Origin: Camelus dromedarius
Taxonomy: Eukaryota
Length of the DNA stretch: 64,000 bases
Direction of reading: 5' to 3'
Assembly (NCBI RefSeq): GCF_036321535.1
Contig: NC_087436.1
Coordinates: 64,730,001 to 64,794,000 of the forward strand
The notes below the pieces were generated by a model. The model searched no databases and was not told where the DNA came from. It was given only the letters and a program-made list of their open reading frames with translations. Of this stretch, positions 38,091-52,554 are shown piece after piece (position 1 is the stretch's first letter; the number at the start of each line of letters is the position of its first letter). A program made the translations under genes and the position numbers.

Positions 38091-39911
38091 TGTATGCAAC
38101 ATCCTCTGGGGTCCTCCACATTCTGAGTGAAAAAGAAGATCCAACTCCCTGTATAACGTCATAGGGTTTCCAGCTCTACCAAAAGAATGACAATTACAGT
38201 CCTGCCTCCTCTGCTCAGGGATCCATATGACTGTAGAGTTGTGTTTTATTTAATAGTATCTTGAGTTTTATCTCAGGTGGGGGTGGTTATTGAAATTTTT
38301 GTGACTAAACAAACTAGAAGTGCTACTAAATTTTCCTTTTTCTTTTGAAGCACTTCCAAAAATACTAAAAGCTAGACAAAAACAAAAACTAATTGAGTGA
38401 TCTCATTAAAAAAAAAATAATAATTTGAAGTGCTGGATGGAAAACCTTGGCTATACATCAGAAGAAATTACTTACTATTTCCAGTAGATTTAATTTAAAA
38501 CAGACTACAGGGGAGACCATCATAAGGAAATCATACAAATTTTTAATTAGAATAATTAAAGCCTAATTGTGATTTAATTACAAAGAAGATTAAATTTTGC
38601 CAAGTTTGAAAATAAAATTCAGTTGAATGATAATGCTTTACTGAAGGTTTGCTAGATTTAAAAGCCTAGATGTTGGAATTGTGGAACTTGATTACTTAAA
38701 AAGACCTATTCCTTTATCTACAGAGGCTTCACATTAAAGCAGTTGCATAATCTCAGGACACTAAAGTTTTTAAGATGATAGAGCGTTCAACAATTTCTTG
38801 TCTTCCTACATAAATGCTAAGGACATACAAAATCAACATATACTTTCACTTTTCTCAGAGGAATGCCAACTTCAAGAACAAACCAAAATACTGGGGATTA
38901 AGTCACACTTGGGGTTTATATAGTCGCATGCCCAAAGTGTTTGAAAATGCTTTCAAGAGAAAGGAGTGCTTAAAAGGATTATAACCCTCAAGACTATTGT
39001 AACTAAGGATATTGTGCTACAAATAAATCCTGATGTGACCGTTACGGAAAACAGGCGCTGTAAAGACCATCCTTTAGAGGGAAAATACAAGCTGTCTACA
39101 CAAATAATAAACCCTTTTTGATTAAGTGAGTTGAAGCTCCAATATCTCCAGAGTTTTAGAATGCTATTCAGCAATTATGCCCCTACTGAGGTTTAATTAT
39201 CCCTTTAGATACGTATTCACTACTACATACTAAGTTACAGCACACCATTAGAGTCAGTGGACTAATAAATACGTAACTCCTGCTGGATAGAAACAGCTTG
39301 GCTGAATAATTACTTCCAATTATTCCACAAACATTCAACACTATGCCCAGAACAATCCCTTGCCCAGAATAGGCATTTAATAAAGATTTTTGTAGTGAGA
39401 GGAGGATGGATGACCTGACTTGCACTTTATTTGGCTGCTATTACCAGATCTCCTTTGTGACAAACCTTATAGCGATACCCTTAGAACTTAAAGTTGAACC
39501 TCAAACTGCATTAAGCCAGCTTGGGGAAGGAAAGTAACAGAGAGAAACGGGAGAGGGTGGAGGGTCACTTACAAGTAACAGGAACTTTCAAAACACATTC
39601 TGCAAGGGTTATTTTCTCTGCCAAAACTACTGTAGCTTAGCAAGAGAATGTTTACTGTGTTAAAACTGAGACACAAAGGACTAGAGATAAAGCCTTTGAA
39701 AAATGATTTCCATTTTGTGGTTCTTCAGAAGAAATGAAAAAAAGATCTACTGATTTCAAAATAAGCTTAGTGGTTCTCCAGTAAATGAATGCTTACATTA
39801 TACCTCTTAGTCAAAGAATTTGGAAAAATTATCAAACCCTCAAAATAATCTCTATCATGATGACATTTCTGCAGCAATGAAGCATAAGGAAGTTACCCTA
39901 AGACTTAAGTC

Positions 39912-40070
39912 AATGTTTCCCAAACTATTCTGATATATTTCTGTTCTTTGAGATATTGTGTGTGTGGGGTTGGGGGGCTTTCTGTAGGTCAAGTAAATTC
40001 AGGAAGACTAGATTAAATAAATTTAAACACATTTCTTAACCACAAGATTTGCAAAAGCTGGAATTTACTA
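39912..40070. mobile_element. Old hAT-type DNA transposon remnant
   Basis: Starts caatgtttcccaaact, a hAT-like terminus. Confidence 0.4.
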
Positions 40071-40399
40071 ACCAGTTGCTGGGAGTCTCCTCAAAGAGAG
40101 CATAAACTGAATATTAAGAGGATAAATCATAGGATACAAAAGAAGGAAATTAATATAGAAAGAACAGTAGAGATTCATTACTCAGTCCATGATCCGTTGA
40201 TTTCTAAACCCAGTTCTCGATCAGTGGGATCTCGATCAACCTCTATTTGGTAAGAAGATATTGGAGAGGAGTGATAGGGTAGACTCATTCTTCGGTGAAT
40301 AAACAACTGCATGTTACCTCCCCAGTCATCCTTGTCCTCTTAGAGTGGTTGGATAGCTATTCATGGGAGGTAAAGTATGGCCTGAAGCTATTACTGGAA

Positions 40400-40545
40400 C
40401 ACATTCATGCCCATTCCTCTAGTGTCATCTATGGCTACTTTTGAGTGACAAGAGTGGAGTTGAATAGGCATAGAGAAACCTTGTGGCTGGCAAGCCTAAA
40501 ATATTGAATGTCTGGCCCTTTTTAAAAAAAGGTTGTTGAGCTCAG
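40400..40545. mobile_element. MER58-like DNA transposon
   Basis: ctatggctactttt...gagttgaatag...gtggctggcaagcctaaaatattgaatgtctggcccttt. Confidence 0.7.
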
Positions 40546-40549
40546 CATT

Positions 40550-40735
40550 AGCAATTAGGAGTACATGCTCAGAACCAGAAAGCAAGCTTAAAATCTCGGA
40601 TGATTTTGACATAGGTGAGTTACTCAACATTTCAGTGCCTCGGTTCCTCATCGGCAAAACACAGTAACTTTGCCTACGTTATAGGGTTGTTATGAGAACT
40701 GAATAAGTTAATCTATGAAAAGCACTTAGAACTTG
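40550..40735 (+). mobile_element. MIR SINE
   Basis: gagttactcaacatttcagtgcctcggttcctcatcggcaaaa...atagggttgttatgagaactgaataagtt...aagcacttagaac. Confidence 0.75.
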
Positions 40736-40739
40736 TGAT

Positions 40740-40972
40740 ACACGGCAGCCATCCTGGACTATTAGGCAACCTTGAAAAAGGAAGCATGTGCTTCAGTCAG
40801 TGGAGCTAGAGATTGAAGGAGCATATGTCCCTGGTGACTACTCTGTATGATCCTGAATTGTCCACCTTCAGACCTCTCTCACCTGAACAAAAATAAACTG
40901 CTCTCATATTGTAGTCATTGTTATTGAGACTTTTCTGTCATGTGCAGCTAAACTTAATTCCTAGCTGATAGA
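40740..40972 (+). mobile_element. MaLR (MLT1-type) LTR 3' portion
   Basis: ggcagccatcctggac...aaaataaactgc...tgtgcagctaaacttaattcctagctgata. Confidence 0.6.
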
Positions 40973-42079
40973 GCACTGAATCAATTTAAATTATTATTTT
41001 CTTTTTTTCATGGAGGTAAGAAAAGGTAATTATAATGCCATTTTTTTTAAACATAAGGAAAGCGTGACAGTGCTTTAAGCTTCACCGTTAGACTACAGCT
41101 TTGCATCAAGGTCTCCTTTTAGACTGCTTAAAACAGGACAATTTCATTTAATTCTAATCCTTCGTGGATTACGTATTATTGTGGGGGAAATCTCAGCTAT
41201 CATTTAGCTCCAGCTCAGCATGATTTCTCATTACCAACTTGCAGTTATCAAAAGAGTTCCCTTTCAAGGTTGTAATCATTATGAAAATGGCAATGAAATA
41301 CTTAGTCAAAAGATAATAAAGTACATTTCAGTTAAAACCTGATAGCAACACAAATCTTTCTCTTCTTCCTTGACTCATGCATAAAAGCTGTCTATACCAA
41401 CACTTAACTACTCAATTAAAAGCTAGCACCAGATAAGGCTTAGCAAGGGCCAAAAGGGCAAACATGCCAAGAGATGGCTATTGAATGAATGCTGCTGTAC
41501 CCTATTAGGGGGTGACGGCCACGTATGTGTCCATGCCATTTTACCCAAAGATGTCAGTCCCATAGAACTCTGTTCAAGTCACACAGGGCACACATGACTA
41601 GCATGATTTAATCACTTATAGATGGTAGGCAATTAGTTGGTAAAATCACTTGGTAAAATGTTGCTTAAATGGACATTTCTGGGTGTATCTGGGTTCTCCA
41701 TCTTTTCTCCAAGTACAGGTACCTCCATTATTTGGAATTAAGAGGAGCAAAGAGCAAAAAGAGGAATATAATTAGATGGAGTAGCAGGTGAAGAAACTAG
41801 TTTCAGCAAGCGGTTATAGATAGTAAATAAAATAGTGCAGAGGTGAACACACAAGTATTTAAAAATGACTTAAGGTTTGATTTGATAGGTCCTCAAACAG
41901 ATGACAGCCAGCTGGCAGCCAGGCTAATGCTCTCCTTTTCTGCAAATGGTCAGACTTCTAAACTGAACACAGACAACCTTGGAAGTATTTTTATAAGTAT
42001 TTTCACGTGAAAATAATACAAACTTACAAAGCAAACAAAAGTCACATAAGAAAAACCCCCAAAGCTAGTATTTGCAAAA

Positions 42080-42605
42080 ACAATCTGAAAATGCCTGATG
42101 GCCTCTCTCATCTCACTCAATGTCAGAAAGTAAGTCCTCACTAAGACCCACAAGGCCTTACGTGATCAGGCCCCCAGCTCCCCCTGAATTCGTCTCCTAC
42201 ATTCCTCATTCTCTCCCCTTAGCCACATGGCGCTCAGTGCGAGTCCTCAGAGACAGAAGGTGTGCTCCTGCGAAAGGCCCTGGACATGGCTGTTCCCTCT
42301 GCTGAGGTGCACCTTCCCAAGATCATCCCAGGTTACTTCCCGCACTTCCTTAGGGGGTGTTGCACAGGCCAAGTGATCTAAAAATTCAGCTGTCTCCCCC
42401 TCCCACTCTTTCTTAATTTTTCCCACGATGCACTGTAATTTTTACTTATTTATCTGGCATATTATCTGTCTGTCCAGATTTTATTTCCACGAGGGTAGTG
42501 ATTTATGTCTGTGCTATTCATTAGTGTCATCTGGGTACCTGGAAGAGGACATAGCAGGCACTTGCTAGATAATTATTAAGTGAATAAGTAAATAAATGGA
42601 TAAAC
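42080..42605 (+). mobile_element. L2 LINE 3' region
   Basis: aaggccttacgtgatcaggcccc, ggctgttccctctgc, cacgagggtagtgattt, and terminal tgaataagtaaataaatgga. Confidence 0.75.
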
Positions 42606-42629
42606 AATAACAAAAGTTTTTTAAATATC

Positions 42630-44970
42630 ATATTATGAAATTTGCCACTGACATCAGTTTGGTGCATATTCTTCTACAAACTTCCTAGGGAGATGCCAAT
42701 GTGTATTTGTGTCTGTCTATACATCCACACACACGTGTATGTATGTTTCCATGAATCTATATACACACTTTATATAATTACATACTTTTCACTGACTTAC
42801 ATTTCTATATGCAGATTTAATATGTTACTTATGAGAAATAATTCTCTGCAAATGGCTTTTTTTTTTTTACATTATAAGTAGTCCAATGACAGCTTCCTAT
42901 GCAGTACATACACATTTCTATTATTTTTTATAACAGTAAGTTTTCCAACCAGGTTCAACTTCCAATTTAAGTTAGTTCTAGCTTTCTGGTGTTCTTTTTA
43001 CACATATTCTTTATACTCATGTTAGTGTGTCTGTAGATAAACTCCTAGAAGTAAAATTGCCAAGCCAAAGATGTGTGCATTTTTAACTTATTATGAACAT
43101 TTTCAAACATACATTAAAATAGATGAACATAAAACTCCCATGTACTTACCGTCCTCCACCATTATCAACAATTAGCCAGTGTTATTTCATCTATATCCCC
43201 ATCTATCTCCTCCCTTCTCTTTTTTATTTGAAGAAAATCATCTTTATGATTTACTTTCCTTTTTATGAAGCAAATCATGCCATTTTATCCATATATATTT
43301 CACTATGTCTCTCTGAGAGAGAACTGTTTTAATTTAAACATAACTGTGACATCATTTGCATGCCTTAAAATTAAAAATGATTCTTTTAAAATTCTCCAGT
43401 ACCTAGTCAGTGTTCATATTTTCAATTGCCAATTGTTTTATAAGTTGTCAGAATCAGGAATCGGATAACTCACTCACTGAGACTGACTAGGTCTATTAAG
43501 CCCTTTTTTCCCCTTTATCATTTCCATCTTTTTTGAGTATGTCTGGCCTGCTTTCATGTCTGTAGGAAGTTCTGCTCCACATTTTTTCTCTTACTTCTGA
43601 AAACTTTGTATGGGTTTCAATCACTTTCTGTAGCCCATTTCTATCTGAAATTATTTTTCCTGAACTTTTAGAAAGGAGAAGTGGGTCAAAATATCTTTTT
43701 TAGATTCATAGTTCTACGGATCCTTCTTGTTTTCATAAGTGTTAAAAAAAAAAAAAAAAGGATATGGTTTTATGTATTCTGAACTCTCCTGATCCAGTGC
43801 CCCTCTTCTATTTTTATCCAGACCATCTATGTTCTTATAATGCCCTTGTCCTGCTCAGCTTGAATTCTATTCCCAACCATTTTTTCTCTCTGTGGGACTC
43901 TTTGTTGGAGGTGGAAGTTTTGGCTGGTTAGTTTCAAGTGTTTACAGTGACCCTACTGCCCCATCCTGTCAGACTTTACCGGGGAACTCTTGCTCCCCAG
44001 AGTTGGAATGTGCAGAAACTCTGCCGTGTTCAGCAGCTGGGCTTTCTGGTAAAAATCTTTTAGAATTCTGGCATTCCCCTTCTTTCAAGGAATTCAGATC
44101 CCCATCCACTTCATTCTTATCCCTCCAATGGGCACTATGAATTGCAGTTTTATAATTATTTGTCATCTTCCCCCATCTGCTTGTGTTTCGGAGTCCACGG
44201 AAAGACTGTCATTTTTATTGTAGTTGCTAGCTGTGAGATTTTGTTTTTTGCTATTCAGTTCCTGCATTTCTTTTTATGATGGGATTTTGGTAGATCCAAC
44301 ATTATACCACTACAACATCATTTCAGAATATTCTAGAAAAGAGGGTGTACAGATTCTTAATTTTGATAGGTAGGGGCAGATTTCCCTCAACAAGGGCTTA
44401 GTCATTGAGGTTTCACACACAGTTTAGGAAAGATTCTTCTCCCCGCCATGACTGACATTTGATATTATTACCTTTTATCTTCTGCACTCTAACAAGTGAC
44501 CAGGTGTATATCACTGTTTTATGTTGCCTTTCATGAATGCAACTTAAGAAAAAGGGGTGATTTGAGCTGTTTTCATGAATATACTGGGCAATCATGTGTG
44601 TTTTCTACAAACTAATGCTTTATATCCTTTGATCGCATTTCTAACAGATTGGTTGTTATGCTTGTGTTGAATTATTATTTTAGTATGTTAACAAATTGGT
44701 TAGATTATTTAGAGAATTTTAATATAGTAATTCATATGTGTCATAACTATCCCATGTCATTTGTTTTTCATATACATCCTGCTGTTTAAACATTGCTATC
44801 CAAATATTGTTTTCTTCAATGACTTGAAACCTTACTTTTATCACTCTTAAATTACAAAAGTCTGCTTAGATTGATTAATGGACATTTAATTCTGATTCAC
44901 TAAACTGTCTGCCTACTCTTTTTCTAATAATATCCGTTTAAAAATATCTTCACAATATATTTTAAAATCT
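42630..44970 (-). mobile_element. Composite of nested, highly decayed L1M fragments
   Basis: Antisense L1 motifs (gataaactcctagaagtaaaattgc; ttattatgaacattttcaaacatac; ttttcatgaatatactgggcaatc). Internal structure not resolved. Confidence 0.55.
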
Positions 44971-45144
44971 GTAAGAACTATGTCCCTCTCAAAGCATTTT
45001 TTCTATTAGATGAAATTTTATTATAATTTTTACTTTCTAAGGAAGTAAGTGGCTTACCTGAAGACACACAACTAGGGTGGGCAGAGAAAGAAAATCTGGC
45101 TGGCTCCAAAATTTATGCTCTATATACATAGTTCTTCTTTTTAA

Positions 45145-45270
45145 ATAATTCAATTCATTCAGCAAGAAAAACAAATCTGTGGTGTGTACTGTGTGCCAGA
45201 AACTGTGTTAACTGCTAAGTCTACAATGATAAACTACTTTGTTTTTGAACTTGAGAGCTTATTGCCTAAT
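45145..45270 (-). mobile_element. L2 3' end
   Basis: attcaattcattcagcaa...gtactgtgtgccagaaactgtgtta. Confidence 0.6.
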
Positions 45271-45625
45271 ATCCTATTGTAATCCTTTTTTATTGCCATT
45301 TTCTCTCCAGAAAATCATATATAAATCTTTATAAAGCCTTTAAAAACCACTGAAATAGTCATTTTAAATATCATAAAGACATCAGTTGGGCACAGAGACA
45401 GTTTCTAAAATAATTTTTGTTTGGATTCATTTTTATTGGAGAAGAATACTTTAAAAGACAGAAGCAGGTTTATATTTTTAAAATAACAGAGCAAGTATAA
45501 TCTTTTCTACAGAACAGCTGCTTTAGAGTTTATTCATAAAGCTCCTAATTCATGTTCCCTAATTCTTCTTTAAAGACTGTTTGATCTATTGGAAAACACA
45601 GCTCAGATTTCAAGTTGTTCCTCCT

Positions 45626-46113
45626 TATATTAGTTGTTTATAGCTGCATAAAATATTACCCTGAGACTGACTGCCTTAAAACAACAATATTTATTATCTC
45701 ACAGTTTCAAGTGCTCTGTGTTCAAGTCACTCAAGATGTCAGCTGGGACAGCAGTCATTGTCAGGTTCAACTGACTAGAGTCCGCTTCCAAGCTCACTCA
45801 CCAAATTGTGGCAGGATTCAGGGCCTCAGTTTTTCACTGGCTATTGGTCAGAGGCTTCCTTCACTTCCTTGCCACTTGGCCATCTCTGTAGCGCCACCCA
45901 CAACGTGGCGCCTGGCTTCACCAGAGGAAGCAAGCTAGACAAGAGAAAGGTATGCTAGCAAAGGGTAGTCAGATTTGAGTCTAGTCTTGGTAGTACCATC
46001 CCAGTACCTTTGCTGGATTCAATTCATCCCACACACAACTGAAGGGGATCATAAAAGGACATGAGTAACAGGAGGCAATAGTCATTACAGGTTATCTTAG
46101 AAATCTGCCTACA
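45626..46113 (-). mobile_element. MaLR (MLT1-type) LTR
   Basis: tatattagttgtttatagctgcataa...ttaaaacaacaatatttattatctcacagtttc...atcttagaaatctgcctaca. Confidence 0.75.
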
Positions 46114-46274
46114 GCTCTCCTCCTCTCTGTACTGATTCTGCTACCCTGACTTCCCTGTAGAATGGAGAGTCATAGAAGAAAAGAAACCAATTTATAAATT
46201 ATTATCACTGAAATTAAATCTAGATAGTCACGGAATAAAATTTTGTTAGCATTTTCTTCATTTTTACTATTATG

Positions 46275-46500
46275 GATAATGGCTAACATTTATTAACCAT
46301 TTATTGTATGACGAGTGCTGACTTAAATTTTGTACAAGTTTTATCTCCCTCGGTAATCATATATGGTTACTGGCACAATCTTAAATTTAGGTGATAACTA
46401 TTTCCCCTTGTTTTATTTGATGAAAACGGGATAGAGACTCTAAGTAACTTGCCCCAGGTCATACAACTAGTGAAAACCTGCCAGTCTATCTCCAGCTCCA
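46275..46500 (-). mobile_element. MIR SINE
   Basis: ataatggctaacatttattaac...taagtaacttgccccaggtcatacaactagtg. Confidence 0.7.
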
Positions 46501-48739
46501 CCAGGCCCACCTCTACATTGTAAACAAAAAGTTGCACTTTTTTTTTTTTTGTCTCTCTAAATATTGCAAACTAGAAACTCTTTACTTCATTGCAGGTAGC
46601 TAATTTGGGGACCAAAATTATCTTCCAAGTAGGACACTGGGTGTCCATTTGGAAAAAAAAATCAGCTATGAGTTAAACATCGTATAAATGTCATGCAGGG
46701 AGATTCTGCTGCAGTGCTTATTCCCCTGCGCTGTGAAAAAGCCTGAACAGACACAAACCGTTTGCAGATAATTGTCCTGACATTCCTACTTCATTACTTC
46801 TAATAGAATTGCATTTGTGGTGCTCACGCCAGGGAATGTGAGTGGTGCCTGCAGGAGGAAGATGTCACGTGTCCTCACTCTCAGTTGAATAAATGCTTTT
46901 GGCAGGAGGTTACCGTGCAGCATGAAGGGCACATTCATTTAACTTAAGGGACTAGCTTTATTAGAATGAAATAATTTTTAAATGATTTCAGATGACACTG
47001 TGCATCTAGCCTAACCGTAGGTAAAAGAGATGAGATGGTAGAAAGCAGTTAATAATGGAGCTCTCTGCCCAAATTTGGTATCCATTCCAAATGAATACCA
47101 AGCATCGACTAGATTAACCCACTCTTTTTAATCCTGAGGAGGAATGAAACTGGAGACAAACAAATGTATGTCGTCAAAGGTTACTTTTGTATTGAGTGAT
47201 GAGATTAAGAAAACTAAAACATTTTATAGGAAACAAATTTAATTAATAAAACTAAACAGTTAAACATAGTATTCAGGTTCCTTTTTCTATCCATATGAAT
47301 GTCTTCATAGCACTGAAACCAGTCCATTTCATCATTCAAGTCATTATTAATTGAATGAATATCTGTTGAAAATAGGTTGTATGTCACTGCTATTCCCTCA
47401 CTCATTCAGCTAGTGATTTCATGTGCGCTCCTGACTCAGAGACTTTTCCTGACTAGTGCTATCCCACACATTATTATTTTTACACATTTTTAAAATTATG
47501 AAACATTTACATATATATGAATGTCTTCATATATTTGATTTTTTTCCTATCACATTTTTAAGTTTTACTTGCCTCACTGTGGATTGGTCTATTTTTCCCT
47601 AGTACATTTTAAGTTTTTGTTCTTACCTTAATATAAAAATTCTTTAGAATTAAGAAGGTTATATTTTCTGGGGAACTGAAACTACTGTCTTAATAACTAT
47701 CTTTAACTGTACTTTTTGACTTAAAGTCTATTTTTCCTATTACTGATAACATCTACATCAGCTTCCTTTGATAAGAATATGGTGGGTTATAATTTTTTAA
47801 GAATTCTTCTATTTTCAGCTCTATTTTTCAAATCTAAATGTTTCTCTTACAAATAGCCAAATCCTTGGAAAGGCCTTAGGCAATGTATTCACTGGCCATA
47901 CGTTTTGGTTAAATTTGCAGCATAAAGTATTTTGACTGTAATTGATTGCTACTTTTTTCCATTCAGTTTTTCCCGTCATACTTCTCTACCTGGTTGATGG
48001 CAGTAGACTGCCATAGAAATTTTGGAGATTCAGCTAAGGGGATAAATGCTTTAGGTGGAGAGAAATATGTTTCTGTGGTTTACAGAGCCACTTTCCAGCT
48101 ATTTCATTCTTGTTTGCCATGTTGGTGTAGGAATGCCTTCCGGAAGTTCTCCATGCACGCATCGTGCCGTCTCACCTGCCATCACCACACAGAAACTTCC
48201 ACCCTGAGGCTGAGCCACCATAGGAACTTGTCCTACAGGACCTGGCGACAAAAATATGTGTGGAATTGGAGGAGAAATAAGTTTTGAAAAGCATGAGTGC
48301 AAGAACTTACTTATGGAAAATTCTTACAGAGGTTTAAAATTGTAAGCAGAAGGAGTTCTTGATATTTATTGGAAACAGAAGCTCTCTCCTGTCTGATATA
48401 CACTCAGTAACTCACATGTACACTTATAAACATACACTTAAAAAAATCTTACACAGTAGAATCTGTTACACCTTCAGTGTTTTGTAGGGCACAAACCTGT
48501 AGACATGCTGCAAATAGGTATATCAGCATGTTCAATCTCATTTTATGCATCTCAACATATAAGAGCACATCTTAGTCCTTTTAAGGCATTTGTCCTTTGA
48601 GTTTCAGATGTGTGGCTCATATAAAAAGAAAAAAAGTTTTCCAGCTGATGTGACCCAAAAATACTAACACTGATGAATATATCATAAAATATAACACAGT
48701 AAGGCTATCAATAATTTGGTTAATGACTATACAATTCTT

Positions 48740-51130
48740 AAGCATATTTCCCTGCACAAGAAAATTTTAAATGCCCTGCAATTTCATAGCTCATCTATGA
48801 AAAAAACTTGGAGAGGTTTTCTTAATATTGACAAAAATCTTTTAAAAAATCTAAATGATACTTCTACTACTAATTTCATAAAGCTGAAATTTTTATACAC
48901 TCCCAATATTAGAAACAAATTTCAATCATGTTTAAAAATTGGAATTATCTTTCTATTCTGTTTCCTAAAAAATTTCCAAAATTATTATTTGAAGAGCAAT
49001 ACAAAAAATATGCAGCCAAAAATTTAGGGAAATACTGTTAAAAAGGTATGTCCAAAAGGAAATTTTTAAAAGTTTTGTCTATTTGTTTTGGTTTATGGTG
49101 TTTGTGGTATTTATCCACTTTTAAGACATAATACATTATGATTTCTTTCTTGTTCTGAATAAATGTTAAATTTTGTATCTAATTTCTTATTAGTTATTGT
49201 TTATGTCTTTTTCTTAGAGAGAGAACCCCAAATTAAGTCAACCCCCGGATTCTTACAAAACCTGGATTTGTGTCTATCTCTTCCTCTTGGAATGGTTAGT
49301 TATTTTAATTTTTGTCATTAAGTGCATATAAAATGGTATTTCACTGTGGAATTTTTGTTTGTTTGTTTGTTTTGTGTTTCCCTGGTCACTACTAAAGTTT
49401 TTATTGGTCATGGGCATTTTTTTCTTTGAAAAGTCTCCATCCTTTTTGACCATTTCTTTTATCATTTAAAAGTTTTTCATATTGTTTTGTTAGAGTTCTT
49501 TTTTTTAATAACATCTTTGTATTTTGTTATGTACATTGCAAATATTTTTTACCTTATCTTTTGATTAATAAGTGTTCTCAGTTGTAATCTAGTTAAATTT
49601 ATGTCTTCTTACCTATGGTCAACTCTTTTCTTATTGCACTTGCCAAGACTTCTAATGCCATGTTGCATAAAAGTACTGGTATTGTACATCCTTTCTTAGT
49701 CTTGATTATAAAAAAAACTCTTGTAATATTTTCCCTGTCAAGATGATAATTACTTTAGGTCTATCCTCTTTGTAAGATTAAGGATGTTCTGCTCTATATT
49801 CCTTGTTTACTAATAATATTTATTATGATGGGTATTGGATTTTATTAAACTTTTTAAAAATCTAAATACATGATCACTTTTCCCCCTTTAATCTGTTAAT
49901 GTGTTGAATTAAATGTATGAATTTGAAATTACTGACCTGATCTCACATAACTGGGATATGATTTTGGCCAACATATATTATTTGAAAACTACATTTGTAT
50001 TCTATTTGCTAGTATTCTGTTTAGGATGTTGCATCTATATTAATGAGTGAAATGTTTTTGTAATTTTCCTTTCTTATAATATTTTTTGGGGGTTTAATAT
50101 CATGTATTTCCATGAATAGTAGAATGAGTTTTGGAGGATTTTTTCTTTTTCAATTGTCTGTAATATTTGGCAGGATCTGTTCTTTGAAGATTTGATTGAA
50201 TACTCCCATCTTCTAGATTTCATTTTTAATTATTAAAGCATTAACTGTCTAGTTTTCATTCCTTTGACAACAGCCTGTCTTTTTCTCTAACTTATTATAT
50301 CTTTTTATTTGCTGTCTGCACTTTCATTAAAATGTTTCTTCTTTGCATGGATTTCTCTAATTTCTTCTATATATGACACATCAGACTTCTAGAATCTTTT
50401 GTTTGGCATCTTACATTAGTTATAGGATATTCTCAGCCACAGTCTTTACTAATTAATTCCTTTTTCTCTTTCTGGATCGGTAACTGAACTGTGTTAGACT
50501 TTCTCAGTTATTCCACCATCTGTTAACCTTTTTCATAGTTTCTACATTTTTCCTCTCTGCACTGCATTCTGTGTACTTTCTTCCTACCTATCTTTTGTTG
50601 CACTCTTTCCCTCTATTGTCTCTAATTTAATGTTATAACCACTCACTGAGCCTCTATTTTCAACTTCCATATTTTAAATGTATGTAAGTTCTCTTTGAGT
50701 TTTTTCAAGGCTCTTGTTTTCTTTGTTGTTTCCAGTTCCCTAAAGATAGACAAAAACAAACTATTTTGTTTCTTTAATTCTAGCCATCATAATTACTTTT
50801 TATTCTAATAATGTAAATATTTGATGAATTTATGGTCTATTTCTGTGGTCTGATTTTTTTTTTCTTTTTTACTAGTTCTTTCATATAATGGCTTATTTCC
50901 TTGAATACTTTTAGATTTATTTTTCTTAGAACTGCTTATATTTTGAGGGCAAATTATCCATGAGTATTTTTTGAGTCCTGAGATGAAGATTTGCTCCTCT
51001 AAAGAAGACTTTCATTTGCTTCTTTAAGACCCTGGAAGCACTAGCAATCTCCATCAATTTTACTGTAAATTTATGACATTTTTATGTATTAACTGTACAA
51101 TGTGAATTTTTGGCTACAAATTCACCTTGG
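48740..51130. mobile_element. Highly decayed L1M fragments, mostly antisense
   Basis: T-rich stretch with L1 ORF2-like remnants (ttattgcacttgccaagacttctaatgccatgttg; ctatttgctagtattctgtttaggatgttgcatctatatt). Confidence 0.55.
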
Positions 51131-52554
51131 GACCAGTCTGAGTTACTACTTCACGAAATCAGTTCTACGTTATAGATTTACTCCTGAAATTTAATATTGG
51201 TGATTTATTCAAACAATGTTATTTGTTGTGTTTAGGATTAACAACCATACTTTGAGTTTGCACTGCAGTTAGCTGAAACACATGAGAAATAGGAAGTTTG
51301 ATATTTCCTTCAGATCCTAGTTTCTGATAGCTTTATAACACTTGTGTTACTGAAATGATCTGATTGCTGTAAATGTGTGAATTCAGTTTCAGATTAAGGT
51401 TAGATGGGTTTATTAGCTATTCAGTTATAGAATTCATCATTGAATGTTTACAGGAAGTTGATTTGGCCAGAGCTCAAAATGTGGAGGTGTTTTTATAGCA
51501 TTGCTTATTTATAAACATTTTGCTTAATCGGGCTAAACGTTTAAGCAGTTAAATATGAATAGATACTGTGAATAATAATATAAGCATCAGGGTAGTTTAA
51601 AATACCTTTATCTAAAGGAAAATACCATTCTGGGGCCTTTGTTAGAAATCAACATATGTATTTAATGTAAGATTTTTCAGCATCATGATTAACTACTGAG
51701 ATTCTGAAAGGAGAAATGCACACTTTTTTTTTTAAAGCAATTTGTTTAGCTTATAGAGATATAATATTCACTCTTATGTGTCACTTAATAGATTTTTCTA
51801 TCATTGCACATCTGCAAGTTTAACGACTGCTATCTTTATTTATTCAGAACCAAATTCTAAAGCAACAGATGTACTGAAATAACGTATTCGGTACAAAAAT
51901 TCACTACAACAATGTGCATGTGTGTCATATATATTATTACTTAGATACTTTGAGCCTGTTCAGCACAGACTCTTAGCACCTCACATAAAGGAGATGGCTG
52001 TGATTATGATTCCCAAGCTCACGTGCATGTGGATATATAGACTATAAAGTTAGCACTGCTTAGGCTGTAAGAAAATGGAAACCCACTCAGCTTGAGAAAA
52101 CAGGTAATTTATTAGGGCAGCAATGTATCTGAGCCTCTGGGATAGAATTAGAATGGAAACACACTAAAGAACCCACTAAGTTACTCTCTTGGTGCCTCTT
52201 ATGTCTGTTTTTCTCTGAATACTATGCTTTATTTTTATCTCCATTGCAGGATAGTTTTTCTCTTTCCCTGTCTCCTAGGTAGAAAATTACCACTAACACT
52301 TGCTCTGGAATCTGTGTAAAGTTATGAGGTGATTGAGGAATACTAAGTTGACTTTCTCTGGGTCTCAATTCTCAATATTTGACAAAGCACTGATTGGTTG
52401 AGCTCAGGACTCACCCCTGGGTATGAAACAAGTATGATCTTGATGATTTCCACTCTACCAGTGTTGATGGAGAGAAACGGGAACATTCCTACAAAAGAGA
52501 TTCTGGAAAACAATTTAGTAAGTGTCTCATATTTGGCCAGAGGCTGCATTCCCT

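Noticed and set aside
37670..38121. 101-aa and 89-aa ORFs
   Set aside because: They lie in the solo LTR and show no gag/pol/env similarity.
47946..49027. 113-aa and 103-aa ORFs
   Set aside because: Non-ATG starts, no recognisable domain or splice context; the second overlaps decayed L1.
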